A DNA stretch of 55,196 bases from Prorocentrum cordatum (lineage: Eukaryota), in the NCBI GenBank assembly GCA_963575745.1, contig CAUYUJ010000176.1:62001-117196 (forward strand), written 5' to 3'. The position numbers and the translations under genes were made by a program. Of the stretch, positions 1 through 13,428 are shown piece by piece (positions within the stretch are counted from its first letter, which is position 1; the number at the start of each line of letters is the position of its first letter). The notes under the pieces are model-generated. The model saw nothing but the letters and a program-made list of their open reading frames with translations. It was not told where the DNA came from and ran no database searches.

Positions 1-80
1 TGGTGGTGGTAGTAGCAGTAGTATTAGTAGTAATACTAGTAGTAGTGGTGGTAGTAGTAGTTGTGGTAGTAGTAGTTGTG

Positions 81-114
<34 letters not shown>

Positions 115-137
115 TAGTAGTAGTAGCAGTAGTAGTA

Positions 138-177
<40 letters not shown>

Positions 178-200
178 TAGTAGTAGTAGTAGTAGTCGTC

Positions 201-238
<38 letters not shown>

Positions 239-319
239 GGTAGAAGAAGCAATAGAGAAATAGTAGTAGTAGTAGTAGTAGTAGTAATAGCAGTGGTTGT
301 GGTAGTGGTAGTAGTCGTG

Positions 320-351
<32 letters not shown>

Positions 352-398
352 CGTAGTCGTAGTCGTAGCCGTAGTAGTAGTAGTAGTAGTACTAGCAC

Positions 399-431
<33 letters not shown>

Positions 432-1149
432 GAGTAGGAGTAGTAGTAGTACTAGTAGTAATAATAGTAGTAGTAGTAGTAGTAGTAATAGTAGTAGTAG
501 TGTTAGTAGTAGTAGTAGTAGTCGTAGTAGTAGTAGTAGTAGTAGTAGTAGTAATAGTAGTAATAGTAGTGATAGTAGTAGTAGTAATAGTGGTAGCTGT
601 AGTGGTAGTGGTAGTGGTAGTGGTAGTGGTAGTGGTAGTGGTAGTGGTAGTGGTAGTAGTAGTAGTAGTACTAGTACTAGTAGTAGTAGTAGTAGTAGTA
701 GTCGTAATAATATCAGTAGTAGTAGTAGTAGTAGTAGTAGAAATAGTAGTAGTAGTGTTAGTAGTGGTAGTAGTAGTAGTAGCAGCAGCAGCAGTAGTAT
801 GTGTCGTAGTTGTAGGATAAGCAGTACTGGTAATAGTAGTAGTAGTAGTAGTAGTAGTAGTAGCAGTAGCAGCAGCAGTAGTAGTAGCAGTAGTTGTAGT
901 AGCAGCAGCAGTAGCAGTAGTACTAATAGCAGTAGTAGGAATAGTAGTAGTAGTAGTAGTAGTAGTCGTGGTAGTCGTAGATGTGGTAGTAGCAGTAGTA
1001 GTAGCAGTGGTAGTAGTAGTAGTTATAGTAGTAGTGGTAGTAGTGGTAGTCGTCGTAGCAGTAGTAGTAGAAGTACTAGTACTCGTAGTAGTGGTAGTAG
1101 TGGTAGTAGTAGTAGCAGTAGTGGTAGTAGTAGTTGTAGTCGTAGTCGT

Positions 1150-1211
<62 letters not shown>

Positions 1212-1244
1212 TATTTGTGGTAATGGTAGTGGTCGTGGTCGTGT

Positions 1245-1289
<45 letters not shown>

Positions 1290-1426
1290 CTGTTGTTGTT
1301 GTAGTTGTAGTAGTAGTAGCAGTAGTAGTCGTGATAGTAGTAGTAGGAGTAGTAGTAGTAGTAGTAGTAGCAGTCGTATTAGTAGTAGTAGTAGTAGTAG
1401 TAATAGTAGTAGTAGTAGTAGCAATC

Positions 1427-1510
<84 letters not shown>

Positions 1511-1771
1511 ATGGTAGTGGTAGTAGTAGAAGACATACTATTAGTAGTAGTAGTAGCAGCAGTAGCAATAGCGAAAGCACAGTAGTCGTAGTAGTAGTAG
1601 TAGTAGCAGTAGTAGTAGAAGTAGTAGTAGTCGTAGTAGTAGTAGTAGTAGTAGTAGTAGCAGCAGTAGTATTAGTAGTAGTAGTAGTTCCTAGTACTAG
1701 TAGTAGTAGTAGTAGCAGCAGCAGTAGTAGTGGTAGTAGTAGCTGTGGTAGCAGTAGTAGTAGTAGTAGTG

Positions 1772-1809
<38 letters not shown>

Positions 1810-1892
1810 CGTAGTAGTAGTAGTAGTAATAGTAGTAGCAGTAGTAGTTCTACTAGTAGTGGTAGTGGTAGGGGTAGGGGTAGGGGTAGGGA

Positions 1893-1924
<32 letters not shown>

Positions 1925-1953
1925 ATAGTCGTTGTCGTAGCAGTAGCAGTAGC

Positions 1954-1986
<33 letters not shown>

Positions 1987-2097
1987 TGTAGTAGTAGTAG
2001 TAGTTGTTGTAGTTGTAGTTGTAGTGGTAGTAGTCGTGGTGGTGCTGGTGGTGTAGTAATAGTAGCAGTAGTAGAAGAAGTGGTGGTAGTAGTAGTC

Positions 2098-2150
<53 letters not shown>

Positions 2151-2167
2151 GGTAGTGGTAGTTATGA

Positions 2168-2198
<31 letters not shown>

Positions 2199-2231
2199 AT
2201 AGTAGTGGTTGTGGTAGTGGTAGTAGTCGTG

Positions 2232-2263
<32 letters not shown>

Positions 2264-2289
2264 CGTAGTCGTAGTCGTAGTCGTAGTAA

Positions 2290-2327
<38 letters not shown>

Positions 2328-2367
2328 CTAGTAGTAGTAGTAGGAGTAGTAGTAGTACTAGTAGTAA

Positions 2368-2405
<38 letters not shown>

Positions 2406-2522
2406 ATAGTAGTAGTAGTAGTAGTAGTGTTAGTAGTAGTAGTAGTAGTAGTAATAGTGATAGTAGTAGTAGTAATAGTGGTAGCTGTAGTGGTAGTGGT
2501 AGCGGTAGTGGTAGTGGTAGTG

Positions 2523-2555
<33 letters not shown>

Positions 2556-2564
2556 AAATAAGTT

Positions 2565-2614
<50 letters not shown>

Positions 2615-2900
2615 TAGTAGTAGCAGTAGCAGTAGTATTTGTCGTAGTTGTAGGATCAGCAGTACTGGTAATAGTAGTAGTAGTAGTAGTAGTAGTAGTT
2701 GTTGTAGTAGCAGCAGCAGTAGCAGTAGTACTAATAGCAGTAGTAGGAATAGTAGTAGTAGTAGTAGTCGTAGTAGTAGTAGTCGTGGTAGTCGTAGGTG
2801 TGGTAGTAGCAGTAGTAGTAGCAGTGGTAGTAGTAGTAGTTATAGCAGTAGTGGCGGAAGTAGTAGTAGTTGTAGTAGTAGTAGTAGTAGTAGCCGTAGC

Positions 2901-2953
<53 letters not shown>

Positions 2954-3180
2954 TAATTGTGGTAATGGTAGTGGTCGTGGTCGTGTTAGTAGTAGTAGTA
3001 GTAGTAGTAGTCGTAGTCGTAGTGGTAGTAGTAGTAGTAGTTGTAGTTGTAGTAGTAGTAGTAGTAGTCGTGGTAGTAGTAGTAGTAGTAGTAGCAGTCG
3101 TATTAGTCGCAGTCGTAGTAGTAGTAATAGTAGCAGTAGTAGTAGTAGTAGTAGTAGTAGCAATCGTAGCAGTAGTAGTC

Positions 3181-3226
<46 letters not shown>

Positions 3227-3625
3227 TAGTCGTAGTAGTAGCAGTAGTAGTAGTAGTAGTAGTAGTAGCAGTAGTAGTAGTAGTGGAAGTGGTAGTAGAA
3301 GAAGACGTACTATGAGTAGTAGTAGCAGCAGTAACAATAGCGAAATTAGTAGTAGTAGTAGCAGTAGTAGTAGCAGTCGTAGTAGTAGGAGTAGTAGTAG
3401 TCGTAGTAGTAGTAGTAGTAGCAGTAGTAGTACTAGTAGTAGTAGTAGTAGTAGTAGTAGGAGCAGCAGCAGTAGTAGTGGTAATAGTAGCTGTGGTAGC
3501 AGTAGTAGTAGTAGTAGTGGTAGTAGTAGTAGTTGTGGTGGTAGTAGTAGTCGTAGTAGTAGTAGTAGTAGTAGCAGTAGTAGTTCTAGTAGTGGTAGTG
3601 GTAGGGGTAGGGGTAGGGGTAGGGA

Positions 3626-3663
<38 letters not shown>

Positions 3664-3760
3664 TTAATAGTCGCCGTAGCAGTAGGAGTAGCAGTAGTAG
3701 TAGTAGTAGTAGTAGTAGTCGTAGTAGTAGAACTAGTAGTACTAGTAGTACCAGTAGTAC

Positions 3761-3804
<44 letters not shown>

Positions 3805-4164
3805 CTAGTAGTAGTGGTTGTTGTAGTTGTAGTTGTAGTGGTAGTAGTCGTGGTGGTGCTGGTGGTGTAGTAATAGTAGCAGTAGTAGAAGAAGTGGTAG
3901 TAGTAGTAGCACAGCAGCAGTAAGTAGTGTAGTGGAGGATGGGCGGGTAGTAGGTAGTGCGGGTGGTAGTACTAGTGTCGTAGTAGTAGTAGTAGTCGTA
4001 GTAGTTAGTACTAGTGTAGTAATATAGTACTAGTAGTAGTAGTAGTATAGTTAGTAGTAGAGTAGGTAGGAAGTAGTAGTAGTCTGCCGTAGTGTCGTAG
4101 TGTCCGTATCCACGTCGTAGTAGTAGTAGTGTCTTCCCCCCCCCCTAGTAGTAGTAGTAGTCGT

Positions 4165-4218
<54 letters not shown>

Positions 4219-4355
4219 TAGTAGTAGTAGTAGTAGTAGTAGCAGTAGTACTACTAGTAGTAGTAGTGGTAGTAGTAGTCGTGGCAGTAGTAGCAACAGT
4301 AGCAGTAGTAGCAGCAGTAGTAGTAGCAGTAGTAGTAGTAGTAGTAGTGGTAGTC

Positions 4356-4409
<54 letters not shown>

Positions 4410-4460
4410 TCAGCAGTAGTAGTAGTAGTAGTAGTAGTACTATAACAGTAGTAGTAGTAC

Positions 4461-4511
<51 letters not shown>

Positions 4512-4709
4512 TGGTAGTAGTAGTAGTATTAATAGTAGTATTATTAGTAGTAGTAGTAGTAGAGTGTAGTGCAGTAGTAGTGGTAGTTAGTAAGTTATAG
4601 TAGTAGTAGTAGTACTAGTGTAGTAGTAAGTAGTAGTAGTTAGTAGTTAGAGTAGTAGGTAGTAGTTCGTTAATCCTAGTAGTCCTAGTAGTCCTAGTAG
4701 TAGTAGTCC

Positions 4710-4766
<57 letters not shown>

Positions 4767-4828
4767 TGGTAGTAGTAGTGGTAGTAGTGGTAGTAGTAGT
4801 AGTAATAGTAGTAGTAGTAGTAGTAGTC

Positions 4829-4860
<32 letters not shown>

Positions 4861-4885
4861 CGTAGTCGTAGTAGTAGTCGTAGTC

Positions 4886-4922
<37 letters not shown>

Positions 4923-5030
4923 CAGTAGTAGTCGTAGTCGTAGTCGTAGTCGTAGTCGTAGTCGTAGTCGTAGTCGTAGTCGTAGTCGTAGTCGTAGTCG
5001 TAGTCGTAGTCGTAGTCGTAGTCGCAGTAG
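1..5030. repeat. Giant (GTA)n microsatellite array with GTG/GTC/GCA variants, ending in (GTAGTC)n
   Basis: Direct reading; all poly-V/S/L/Y/T ORFs here come from the triplet repeat. Confidence 0.98.
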
Positions 5031-5820
5031 GAGCAGGACGAACAGGACGAGCAGGACGAGCAGGACGAGCACGGGGAGGAGGAGGAGGGAGAGGAGGAGG
5101 AAGAGGAAGAGGAGGAAGAAGAGGAGGAGGAGGAGGAGGGGGAGGAGGAGAAGGAGGAGAAGGAGGAAAAGGAGGACGATGAGATGACGTGTCTCTCCAC
5201 GCCCAGCCCCCCCGCGAAGACCCCCCACCACCGCGCCCAGCCGCCGTTTCCCGCGTGCCGTCCCACGGCGGCAACGGCCTGCGCGGCCGCGGAAGCGCCA
5301 GCGGCGGCGCGGTGGACCTGAAGATGTCGGGCCTACTGCGGCGCTGGGCGAGGCGCGGGCCAGCATCGCCCAGGGCGGACTGGATTCTCGCCGTCGGCGT
5401 CGTTGTTCGAGGGGAGGGGGAGGAGGAGGACGAGGAGGAGGAGGAGGAGGACGAGGAGGAAGAGGAAGAGGGAAGAGGAGGAGGAAGAGGAGGGGGGACG
5501 AGGGGACGAGGAGGAGGAGGAGGAAGCAGAGGAGGTAGAGGATGAGGAAGGAGGAGGACGACGACGACGAGGACGAGGACGAGGACGACGACGACGAACG
5601 ACGACGGGGGAGAAAATGAGGAGGAGGACGAGGAGGAGGAGGGAGAGGAGGAGGAGGAGGGGAGGAGGAGGAGGAGGAGGAGGAGGAGGAGGGAAGGGGT
5701 GAGGGGAGGGGGAGGGGGAGGGGTGGGGAGAGGGGATGGGTATGGAGGAGGAGGAGGAGGAGGAGGAGGAACGGAGGAGGAGGAGGAGGAGGAGGAGGAG
5801 GAGACGGAGGAGGAGGGGGT
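5031..5820. repeat. (GGA)n/(GAC)n microsatellite tracts with a ~230-bp GC-rich island (5181-5410)
   Basis: Direct reading. Confidence 0.9.
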
Positions 5821-6706
5821 TGTGGTAAGAATGTAGTCTTGCATTCTTGCTTCACCCCTCAAACCCCGAGGGGGAGGGACACGTCAGCGGGTCGGTGGGC
5901 GAGTAAATCCAGAATGCAAGTTTACATCCTTGCATTGGCCCCCCAAATCCTGTGGAAAAGGGATAAGCGGGCGAACTACCTATGCAAATGTACGTTTTTC
6001 TTCGCCTCGTAGAACCCTGTGGGGGAGGGATGCGGTAGCGGGTTGGAGGACGGACACATTGAGAAATCCAGTTCGGTTTCTTACGTCGACCTCCCACATC
6101 CAGAGGAGGATGGATCCGGTAGCTGATCGAAGCTCCGACACTTCAAGAATGCAAGGTCCCATTCTTGCCGCGACCCAACAATCCGAACAACATGGAGGCG
6201 GAATAGAGTAGTGGGTCGAAGGACCAAAGAATGGAGAATGTAAGGTTAAAATCTTGCCTTGCCCCCAATTCCTGCGGAGGAGGGATCGAATAGTGAGACG
6301 AAGAACGGGTAAATCAACAAGCTTGCACTATAGCTGCGCCCGTCGAACCCCGCGAAGGGCTTGGGGCCTCGCTCAACGATGATGAAGCAAACTATTCCCC
6401 CCCTCAGAGCCACTTCCTTGGCGAAGACAAGACAGTCGAGGACCACCCCGACGAGCGCAGCCATACTCCCTCCTCCTCCTCGCCAGTCGACAGCCGCCCG
6501 CGAACTTCAGAGCCCGGCGGTTGTCCCGAATCCCCACCTAAAATTGCCCCCATTCGGCCCTCCAGAGTTCCGACTGGTGGCCGAGCGGCTGGGGATGATG
6601 GCCACCGTGCCAGCGGAACCGCCCAACGCGCGGGCTGGAGGCATTTTTTGTTATGTCATGTTTTACTGCGATGGAAAAAAACAGCACCAGTGTGACCGCG
6701 AAACTA

Positions 6707-6882
6707 CAGTCGGGGCGCTGGAGAAGGAACCCTTTCCGTTGGGGAGGGGCTCAGTGTTCCTTGATTGCTCCACAGTTTGTCTTGGGTTTTCCTTTGGTTT
6801 TCGATGGGGAATCGGAGTTTAACTTGTGGGAAAAAGGGGACCCGTTCCTTATTTATCGTTCCTTAGGTCAACGCCTCGACTG
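6707..6882. mobile_element. Tc1/mariner-type MITE (TA-flanked, CAGTCGGGGCG TIR), copy 1
   Basis: TA|CAGTCGGGGCGCTG ... CAACGCCTCGACTG|TA; second copy at 42183-42361. Confidence 0.8.
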
Positions 6883-7258
6883 TACGCCCCTCGCCAGCAC
6901 GCGAGCGTCCCAACAGCGAGCCAACCAGCCAGCAGTTCCCTTCGCCAGATATCAGGAGCAGCTCGCCGCGCTGGTCGACGGGGAGGAGGAGGAGGAGGAG
7001 GAGGAGGAGGAGGAGGAGCAGGAGCAGGAGGAGGAGGAGGAGGAGGAGGAGGAGGAGGGGGAGGAGGAGGAGGGGGAGGAGGAGGAGGAGGAGGAGGAGG
7101 AGGAGGAGGGGAGGAGGGGGAGGAGGAGGAGGACCCCGCGAGCGGACGAGGCCCGGAGCGGCCTGCAACAGGCCTCTCGGCCTGCCATGGTCGCGGGGTC
7201 CTCCCTCCGCGGCAGGCCCAACGCCTTCATTGAGACGTTCCACGTGCAGCACACCATG

Positions 7259-7425
7259 CAGGAGGGGACAAAAGCACACACAGACACAATGAATCGCCGA
7301 CTCCCAGGGAAATAATGGGAAACTATGGGAAATGGGGGGGAAGACAAAATCCTAGAAACAATTGGAAAACTATGGGGGATATGTTCTTATTTGTGTGTAT
7401 TTCTTTGTGTGTCCCAGGGCCCGTT
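7259..7425 (+). mobile_element. Dispersed ~160-bp repeat family A (CAGGAGGG..ACACACAGACAC..AATATGGG..GTGTGTCCCAGGGCCC), copy 1 of 8
   Basis: Recognisable copies at 8961, 10997(-), 12187, 18361, 36295, 42454 and 44575. Confidence 0.8.
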
Positions 7426-7643
7426 CAACCATGCCAAGCCCCCCTCCCAACCACACGGCCACGTGAAGAGTTGGCACCTGCTCCGTCGCCCGTTCTCCCT
7501 GGGCCGCGGCGGGCGGCGGGTGCCTCTCGCTTCGCTGAGCTCCGGGGGTGCGCATGCCGAGCCGTGCCTGAAGCGGGTGTGACATGCGGCCGCGGGTGCG
7601 CCAAAAGTTGGCCCCTTGAGTGGCCTGGTCGCCCGTGCCCTTT

Positions 7644-7883
7644 GTGGGCCCCGGAAACGGCAGGGCCGTTTTTTCACCGTTTCCCCAAAAATGTCCCTTG
7701 CAAATGGAAACGGCAAAAAAAGGCGACCGGAAACGGCAACAGAAACGGCTCCAGGATTGGAACCGGAGCCGGAACCGGGCAGAAAACGGCGACGGAGACG
7801 GTAAAAGACGGCGTCGGAATCGGCCACAAAAACGGCAAAACGGGACCGGTAACAAAAACGGCCCTGTCGTTTCCAGGGCCCAC
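7644..7883. mobile_element. MITE-like element with ~30-bp TIRs (GTGGGCCCCGGAAACGGCAGGGCCGTTTTT) and internal AAACGG repeats
   Basis: Left TIR pairs with AAAAACGGCCCTGTCGTTTCCAGGGCCCAC at ~7854-7883. Confidence 0.7.
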
Positions 7884-8764
7884 TTAAACCCGTGCTTGCC
7901 GGCCTTTTCCAGCCGGGGCCCCCGCAGGCCGCGCCAGGGGGTGAAGGCCGCCCCACCACCCCTGCTCTTTGCGAGCGGCGCCTCCCCGCCCTGCGGAGGA
8001 GATGCCTGCGGGGGCGCTCGCAGCCTCCTCGGGGCCCGGATGGCCCTGCTGCCCGAGGTGCTGCGGCCTCCTCCCTCTCTCTCCCTCTCTCCCTCCCTCT
8101 CTCTCCCTGCCTCCGCCTCCATGTCTCTCCTGCCCTCTGCGAAAGTCTGTCTCTCCCTCTCCCTCTCTCTCTCTCTCTCTCCCTCTCTCTCTCTCTCCTT
8201 CCCCAGGCCCCCGACGTCACGATTTTGTCAGGACGCGACCTCCATGGAGGTCCAGACCCATTCCCCCGGGGCCCGTGCGTCGTCCCGAGTCGCTCTGTGG
8301 ACGGCCCCGAGGCCCGGCGAGGGCCCCCAGAGTCATGGCAACAGAGAAACGCCTCCCGTCGTGATGTCCTCTTGGCTCGAGGGGGTCTGGGTCCCTCTCT
8401 AAAACGACTCGAAGATCGGGACAGAATCGGATCGGGATAACTCGAAATCTCTGAGAATCGGTGGGTTGGGAGAATGTACTGGGCGCCGCGGCCGCTCCAG
8501 AGCGTTCCGGCACGCTCTGAGAGCGCTCCGGAACGCTCTGGAGCGATTTATCCCTATCCTAGCCCTGTTTTACTCTCTCTCTCTCTCTCTCTTCCCCGCC
8601 TGCCCGACGCCGCCCCTGCCCGACGCCGCCCCTGCCCGGCGCCGCCGCGCGAGGCGCGAGGCGAGGGCCGGCGGCGAGCCGCCTGCGGCCGCCCCCCCCG
8701 CAGGCCCCCCCCCCCGCGCGCCGCCGCCCGCGCTCCGGGGCCTCCCCCTCGGCTGCGTCGCGGT

Positions 8765-8895
8765 CTTGGCATCGCTCGGGCGTGTGCGTTTTTTCCTCGG
8801 CGAGGACCATCGAGGAGCATTCTTGATCACTTGGCGAAACAACCACGCACGAATCCAGAAAAAGCACAGGGAATGGACGTCCGAGCGATGGCCAG
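8765..8895 (+). mobile_element. MITE family B (CT...AG ends, CATCGCTCGGACGT TIR core), 4-bp TSD CGGT
   Basis: CGGT|CTTGGCATCGCTCGGGCGT ... ACGTCCGAGCGATGGCCAG|CGGT. Confidence 0.85.
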
Positions 8896-8960
8896 CGGTC
8901 GGCTGCATTCGGTCCGCTCGAAGGATCCGAGGCCTCCCTTGGCTGGAGTCCGAGCAGATT

Positions 8961-9115
8961 CAGGAGGGAAAAAGACACACAGACAATTCATCGTCGATTC
9001 CCTAGAAAATGGGAAAATATGGGACGTGGGGGGAAGACAGAAACCCAGAAAGCATAGGAAAATATGGGGAATCTTTTGATGTGTGTGTATTCATTTGTGT
9101 GTCCCAGGGCCCCTT
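8961..9115 (+). mobile_element. Repeat family A copy
   Basis: Same terminal and internal motifs as 7259-7425. Confidence 0.8.
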
Positions 9116-9263
9116 CACAGATGGGGTCGGAGGGCCGCGCCGATGTGCAGCCCGATCTTCTCCCTGGCGGCGTCGCCGCTGCACCGGCGACGTCGCCGAT
9201 GCATCGCCGATGTGTCGGCGATGCGGCGCGATCCTCCGGCCACATCTGTTTCGACCCCATCTA

Positions 9264-9451
9264 CGGTAGGTTTGCGTCGTGTCGACCAGCGGCGACCCCA
9301 GCGCGGACGTTCAAGGTTGAACGCCGCCGGCGACCCAGAATCGATCGATGTTGAACGATCGGACGTTGCGGCAGCGGCCGATCGTTCAAGGTTGAACGAT
9401 CCCTGCGGTGTCAAAAACCAACGCTGGGGTCGGCACGACACGAACCTGCCG
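9264..9451. mobile_element. TA-flanked MITE with ~24-bp TIR (CGGTAGGTTTGCGTCGTGTCGACC), copy 1
   Basis: TA|CGGTAGG ... CCTGCCG|TA; homologous copy at 24332-24496. Confidence 0.8.
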
Positions 9452-9737
9452 TACCCTGACCTTCCAGGAGGGCGAAGAAATAGCGCCAGGACATCGACGC
9501 TCCAATTCCTGTCGAGGTTCGAGGCAGTCCAGACAGACATACAGGTCTGGAGTCTGGAGTCTTATTTTTTAGCACTCTGGAGGGTCAGGGCAGGAGGCCT
9601 CTCAAGGAGGGCGAGGCGCGGGGAGCCACCGGGAAGCCCTCCTCCTCCTTCGCCTCCTCCGCCTCCTCCGCCTCCTCGTCCTCCTCCTCCTCCTCCTCCT
9701 CCTCCTCCTCCTCCTCCTCCTCCTCCTCCTCCTCCTC

Positions 9738-9780
<43 letters not shown>

Positions 9781-10996
9781 TCCCCCGACTCTGGCTCCGC
9801 CTCTGTCTCCGAGGCGGGGAGTTGTGCATAACCACCGCCTGGGGGATTGATCTTCGCGGACCCCCACAGGCGGTGGACACTCAGGCGATCGCAAGCATCC
9901 CCTCCTCCTCCTCCCTCCCCCCTCCTCTCCTACTCCCTCCTCCTCCTCCTCCTCCTCCTCCTCCTCCTCCTCCTCCTCCTCCTCCTCCTCCTCCTTCCTC
10001 TTGGGGTCCTGTTTGGCCCGGGACCGTCCAGAATCAGGCGATCGCGGGTCCCGTTTCCATTGGAGCTCGCGGATTTCCGCCGCCGAGCGAGGCGGTACCG
10101 GCCGCACTTTGGGGAGGGCGCCTCCCCCGATCCATGGATTTGGCGACCGCGCGCCAAATCCATGGATCGCTAATCCATATTTGCGCGCCTCCGAGATATG
10201 GATGTGTTCAGCCACCGGGGGGCTAACATATATTCATATCCACCGCATGGTGGGGCACCAGAACGTCGGCTCCCAGGTCCAGACCCCCGACGTCATGATT
10301 TTTTTATGACGCGGCACCCGCTTCCCGGGACCGATTTCTCATCTTGAGTCGTTTTTGACGGTCCCGAGGCCCGGTGAGGGCACCCAGATGCCGAACATTG
10401 AGAAAAACATCCAGTCGTGATTGTTTCATGATTCGAGGGGATCTGGCTCCACCGCCTGTTGGGGCACCAGAAGGTCGGTTCCCAGACGGCGGATGTACAC
10501 GAGTCCCCGCCTCGCACTGCTGTGCCGTGCCGAGGCCATCTTGACCCGGCGGCCCGCCCGAGCCGCCCGGGAAGTCCTCGTGGGCATCCCATAAGCTCTG
10601 CGGGGCATCAGGAAAACGTCGAGGCGCCCGGGTATCCTCGGGTGGGCGGGGGGGGAACGCAGCGAAGTTTGACCAGGAGGGGCGGTCCTTCAGAGGACTG
10701 GAGACAAGGGTACCGGCCAGACGTGGGAGGGACCTTTCGCCAGGGTGGCCTTCGGTGCGGGCCCAGTTGGGTCCCCCGATCGCGGCACGCGACGCGGTAG
10801 TAGTAGTAGTAGTAGTGGCTTGCGCGCTCAGGTTTGTCCACCCCGCGTCCCCGGGTATCCCGCGCACCAGAGGCCACTCTTGCCTAGGGTCACTCCTGCT
10901 TCTAGCCGAGGGTGGTTTTCCTTTCGGGGAGGGGGCCCTCGTCGCCACGGCTGGACGCCGCTCGGAGAGTTTGTGAGTTTGGACTCCAGGAGAGTC

Positions 10997-11146
10997 AAGG
11001 GGCCCCAGGACACACAAAGAAGTACACACAAACAATAGGATTCCCCGTATGTGTCCATTCTTTCTGGGTTTTTGTGTCTTCCCGCCCGATTCCCATCTTT
11101 CCCCAGATGTTCCTGGATTGTGTCTGCGTGTTTTTGTTCCCTCCTG
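10997..11146 (-). mobile_element. Repeat family A copy (reverse orientation)
   Basis: Reverse complement of family A motifs (AAGGGGCCCCAGGACACAC ... TGTGTCTGCGTG..CCCTCCTG). Confidence 0.75.
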
Positions 11147-11503
11147 AGAGAGGTCGGAGAAGCGGAATGGAGGAGTGGTCCACCTCCTCCTCCTCCTCCC
11201 CCTCCCCCCCTTGCCTTCTCCTCCTCCTCCTCCTCCTCCTCCTCCTCCTCCTCCTCCTCCATTCTCTCTCCGGTCCTCCTCGTCCTCCTCGTCGTCGTCC
11301 TCCTTCTCCTCCTCCTCCTCCTCCTCCTCCCATAGAAGCGGGGCAAGGATGGGGGGTGAGGGTTGAGGGGTGGGGGGCGAGGAGGAGGCACAGGTGTTGA
11401 GCTGCCGCCGCCTCCACCTGGGCGTCTCTCGGCCTCCCCATCGGTGGTTTCGCGGTCGGCTGCCTTCGGTGCGGCCCGACGACAGAGGGCGAGGCGTGGG
11501 CCT

Positions 11504-11547
<44 letters not shown>

Positions 11548-12186
11548 TGTTCCTGGCGCAAAGTGGGGAGGAGGTCGAAGCCCTGCATCTCTCCTCGTCC
11601 TGGCGCCGTTGGGCGTGGGTGTGGGTGTGTGGGTGTGGGTGCCTCTGTGCGAGGGGGGGAGGCGGGTTCCCGTTTGCCAGGTGCTTGGGATGTTGGGAAG
11701 GGGGGGCCCACCCTGCTGTCGACGTGTCGGGGAATGTTTCTCCCCGAAGGGAACGTGAAACGAGTGTTCTCCCACGTATCCAATACCTTCAACTGTCCTC
11801 CTCCTCCTCCTCCTCCTCCTCCTCCTCCTCCTCCTCACTCTGTTCCTTCTCCTTCTGTTTACCCTCCCTCCCGCCCCCCTGTCCACCACCTTTTTCGTTT
11901 ACGCGCGCCGATTGCCCCCCGCCGTCCCAGCAGTCTGCCCAGGCAAGCAAGAGCCCCCGGCGCGGCCAAGTCCACAGGGACCAGCGCACAGCGGACTGAG
12001 CGGCAGCATGTGGTGACTGGGGGCTCCGTGCTTGAGCGCTCCGGTGCCAGCCACGGGAACATGGGGAGGGCTCGGAACCTCAAGGGTAGAGTTTGGGGCA
12101 GAGCGGAGCACGGTCGGGCCGAGGTGGCAGCTCGAGGTCGGTTCGGGGAGGGCCCCCAGAGGTGTGTGTCGTTGTCGTGTTTGTTT

Positions 12187-12289
12187 CAGGAGGGAAAAAA
12201 CACACAGACACAATGAATCGTCGATCCCCCAGAAGATATGGGGAGTCTCTTTATTTGTGTGTATTTGTTTGTGTGTCCTGGGGCCCCTT
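12187..12289 (+). mobile_element. Repeat family A copy, internally deleted
   Basis: Both ends retained, middle shortened. Confidence 0.75.
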
Positions 12290-12357
12290 CGTTGTTGGAT
12301 GTTTTTGGGGCCTGCTTGTTTTCCAATCTGGGCGATGACGGCCGTGATGGGATCGGC

Positions 12358-12730
12358 CCTCTCCTCCTCCTCCTCCTCCTCCTCCTCCTCCTCCTCCTCC
12401 TCCTCCTGCTCCTGCTCCTCCTCCTCCTCCTCCTCCTCCTCCTCCTCCTCCTCCTCCTCCTCTCCCTTCTCCTCTCCTTCCCCTCCTCCACTCTCCTCCT
12501 CTCCTTCCTCCTCCTCCTCCCTCCCCTCCTCCTCCTCCCCTCTCTCCTCCTCCTCCTCCTCTTCTCATCCTCCTCCTCCTCCTCTTCCTCCTCCTCCTCC
12601 TCCTCCTCCTCTCCTCCTCCCCCCTCCACCTCTCTCCTCCTCCTCCTCCTCCTCGCCTCCTCCTCCTCCTCCTCCTCCTTCCTCCTCCTCCTCTCCTCCT
12701 CCTCCTCTCCTCCTCCTCCCCTCACCCCCC
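12358..12730. repeat. (TCC)n microsatellite
   Basis: Direct reading. Confidence 0.95.
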
Positions 12731-13428
12731 CCAGATCACGTCACGCTATGAGCCCAAAGATCTCCCACGGATCCTGCGAGGATCTCTCAGATTTCCAGCG
12801 GCCCCCGCCGTGGTGCGATCGGGGGGTGGGGGGGGGGGACGGATTCCCCCCCCCCCTCTCCCGATCACGCCCGTGATCGGGAAACCTTCTCCTCCCCTTT
12901 CTCCTCCTCCTCCTCCTCCCTCCTCCTCCCTCTCTCTATCCTCTCTCCTTCCTCTCTCCTCCTCCTCCTTCTCCTACAGGCTCTTGGGCACCCTGGGGGG
13001 ATGGCACCCTTGGATGTTCTGTGTGCCTCGACAGGCGGAGGGCCTCGCGCTCCGGAAGGATGCCGTCCGTCCTCCTGCCCCGGGTTCGGCCGCAGGAGGA
13101 CCATGGAGGGGCTCCTCGTCTTTTTGGGAACCCCCAAACCGGGTGGTGAGATACCAGGTGGTGACCTGGAATCCCCAAAAAGGTCACCGCTGGGTTTGGG
13201 GACGCGGGGTCACCGCCGGGTTTTGTGACTCCTGGACTAGTGTCCGGGACATCCTCGGAAAACCGCACGAGTCCCCAAACCGGGTGGTGACACCAAATCG
13301 CCCGAGACTCACAAGCCAGGTGTTGTCACCACCACGTTTGGGGACTACCAAGTCTTTCCTCCCTCTCACCGCTCCCGGGGAGGGCAAGCTGCGGCTGCGG
13401 CGGCTCTCCTCCGCCCAGCCCGAGTGTC

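Noticed and set aside
1..5030. Long poly-Val/Ser/Leu/Thr ORFs and a possible telomere
   Set aside because: These are translations of (GTA)n. The motif is not a TTTAGGG/TTAGGG-type telomere repeat.
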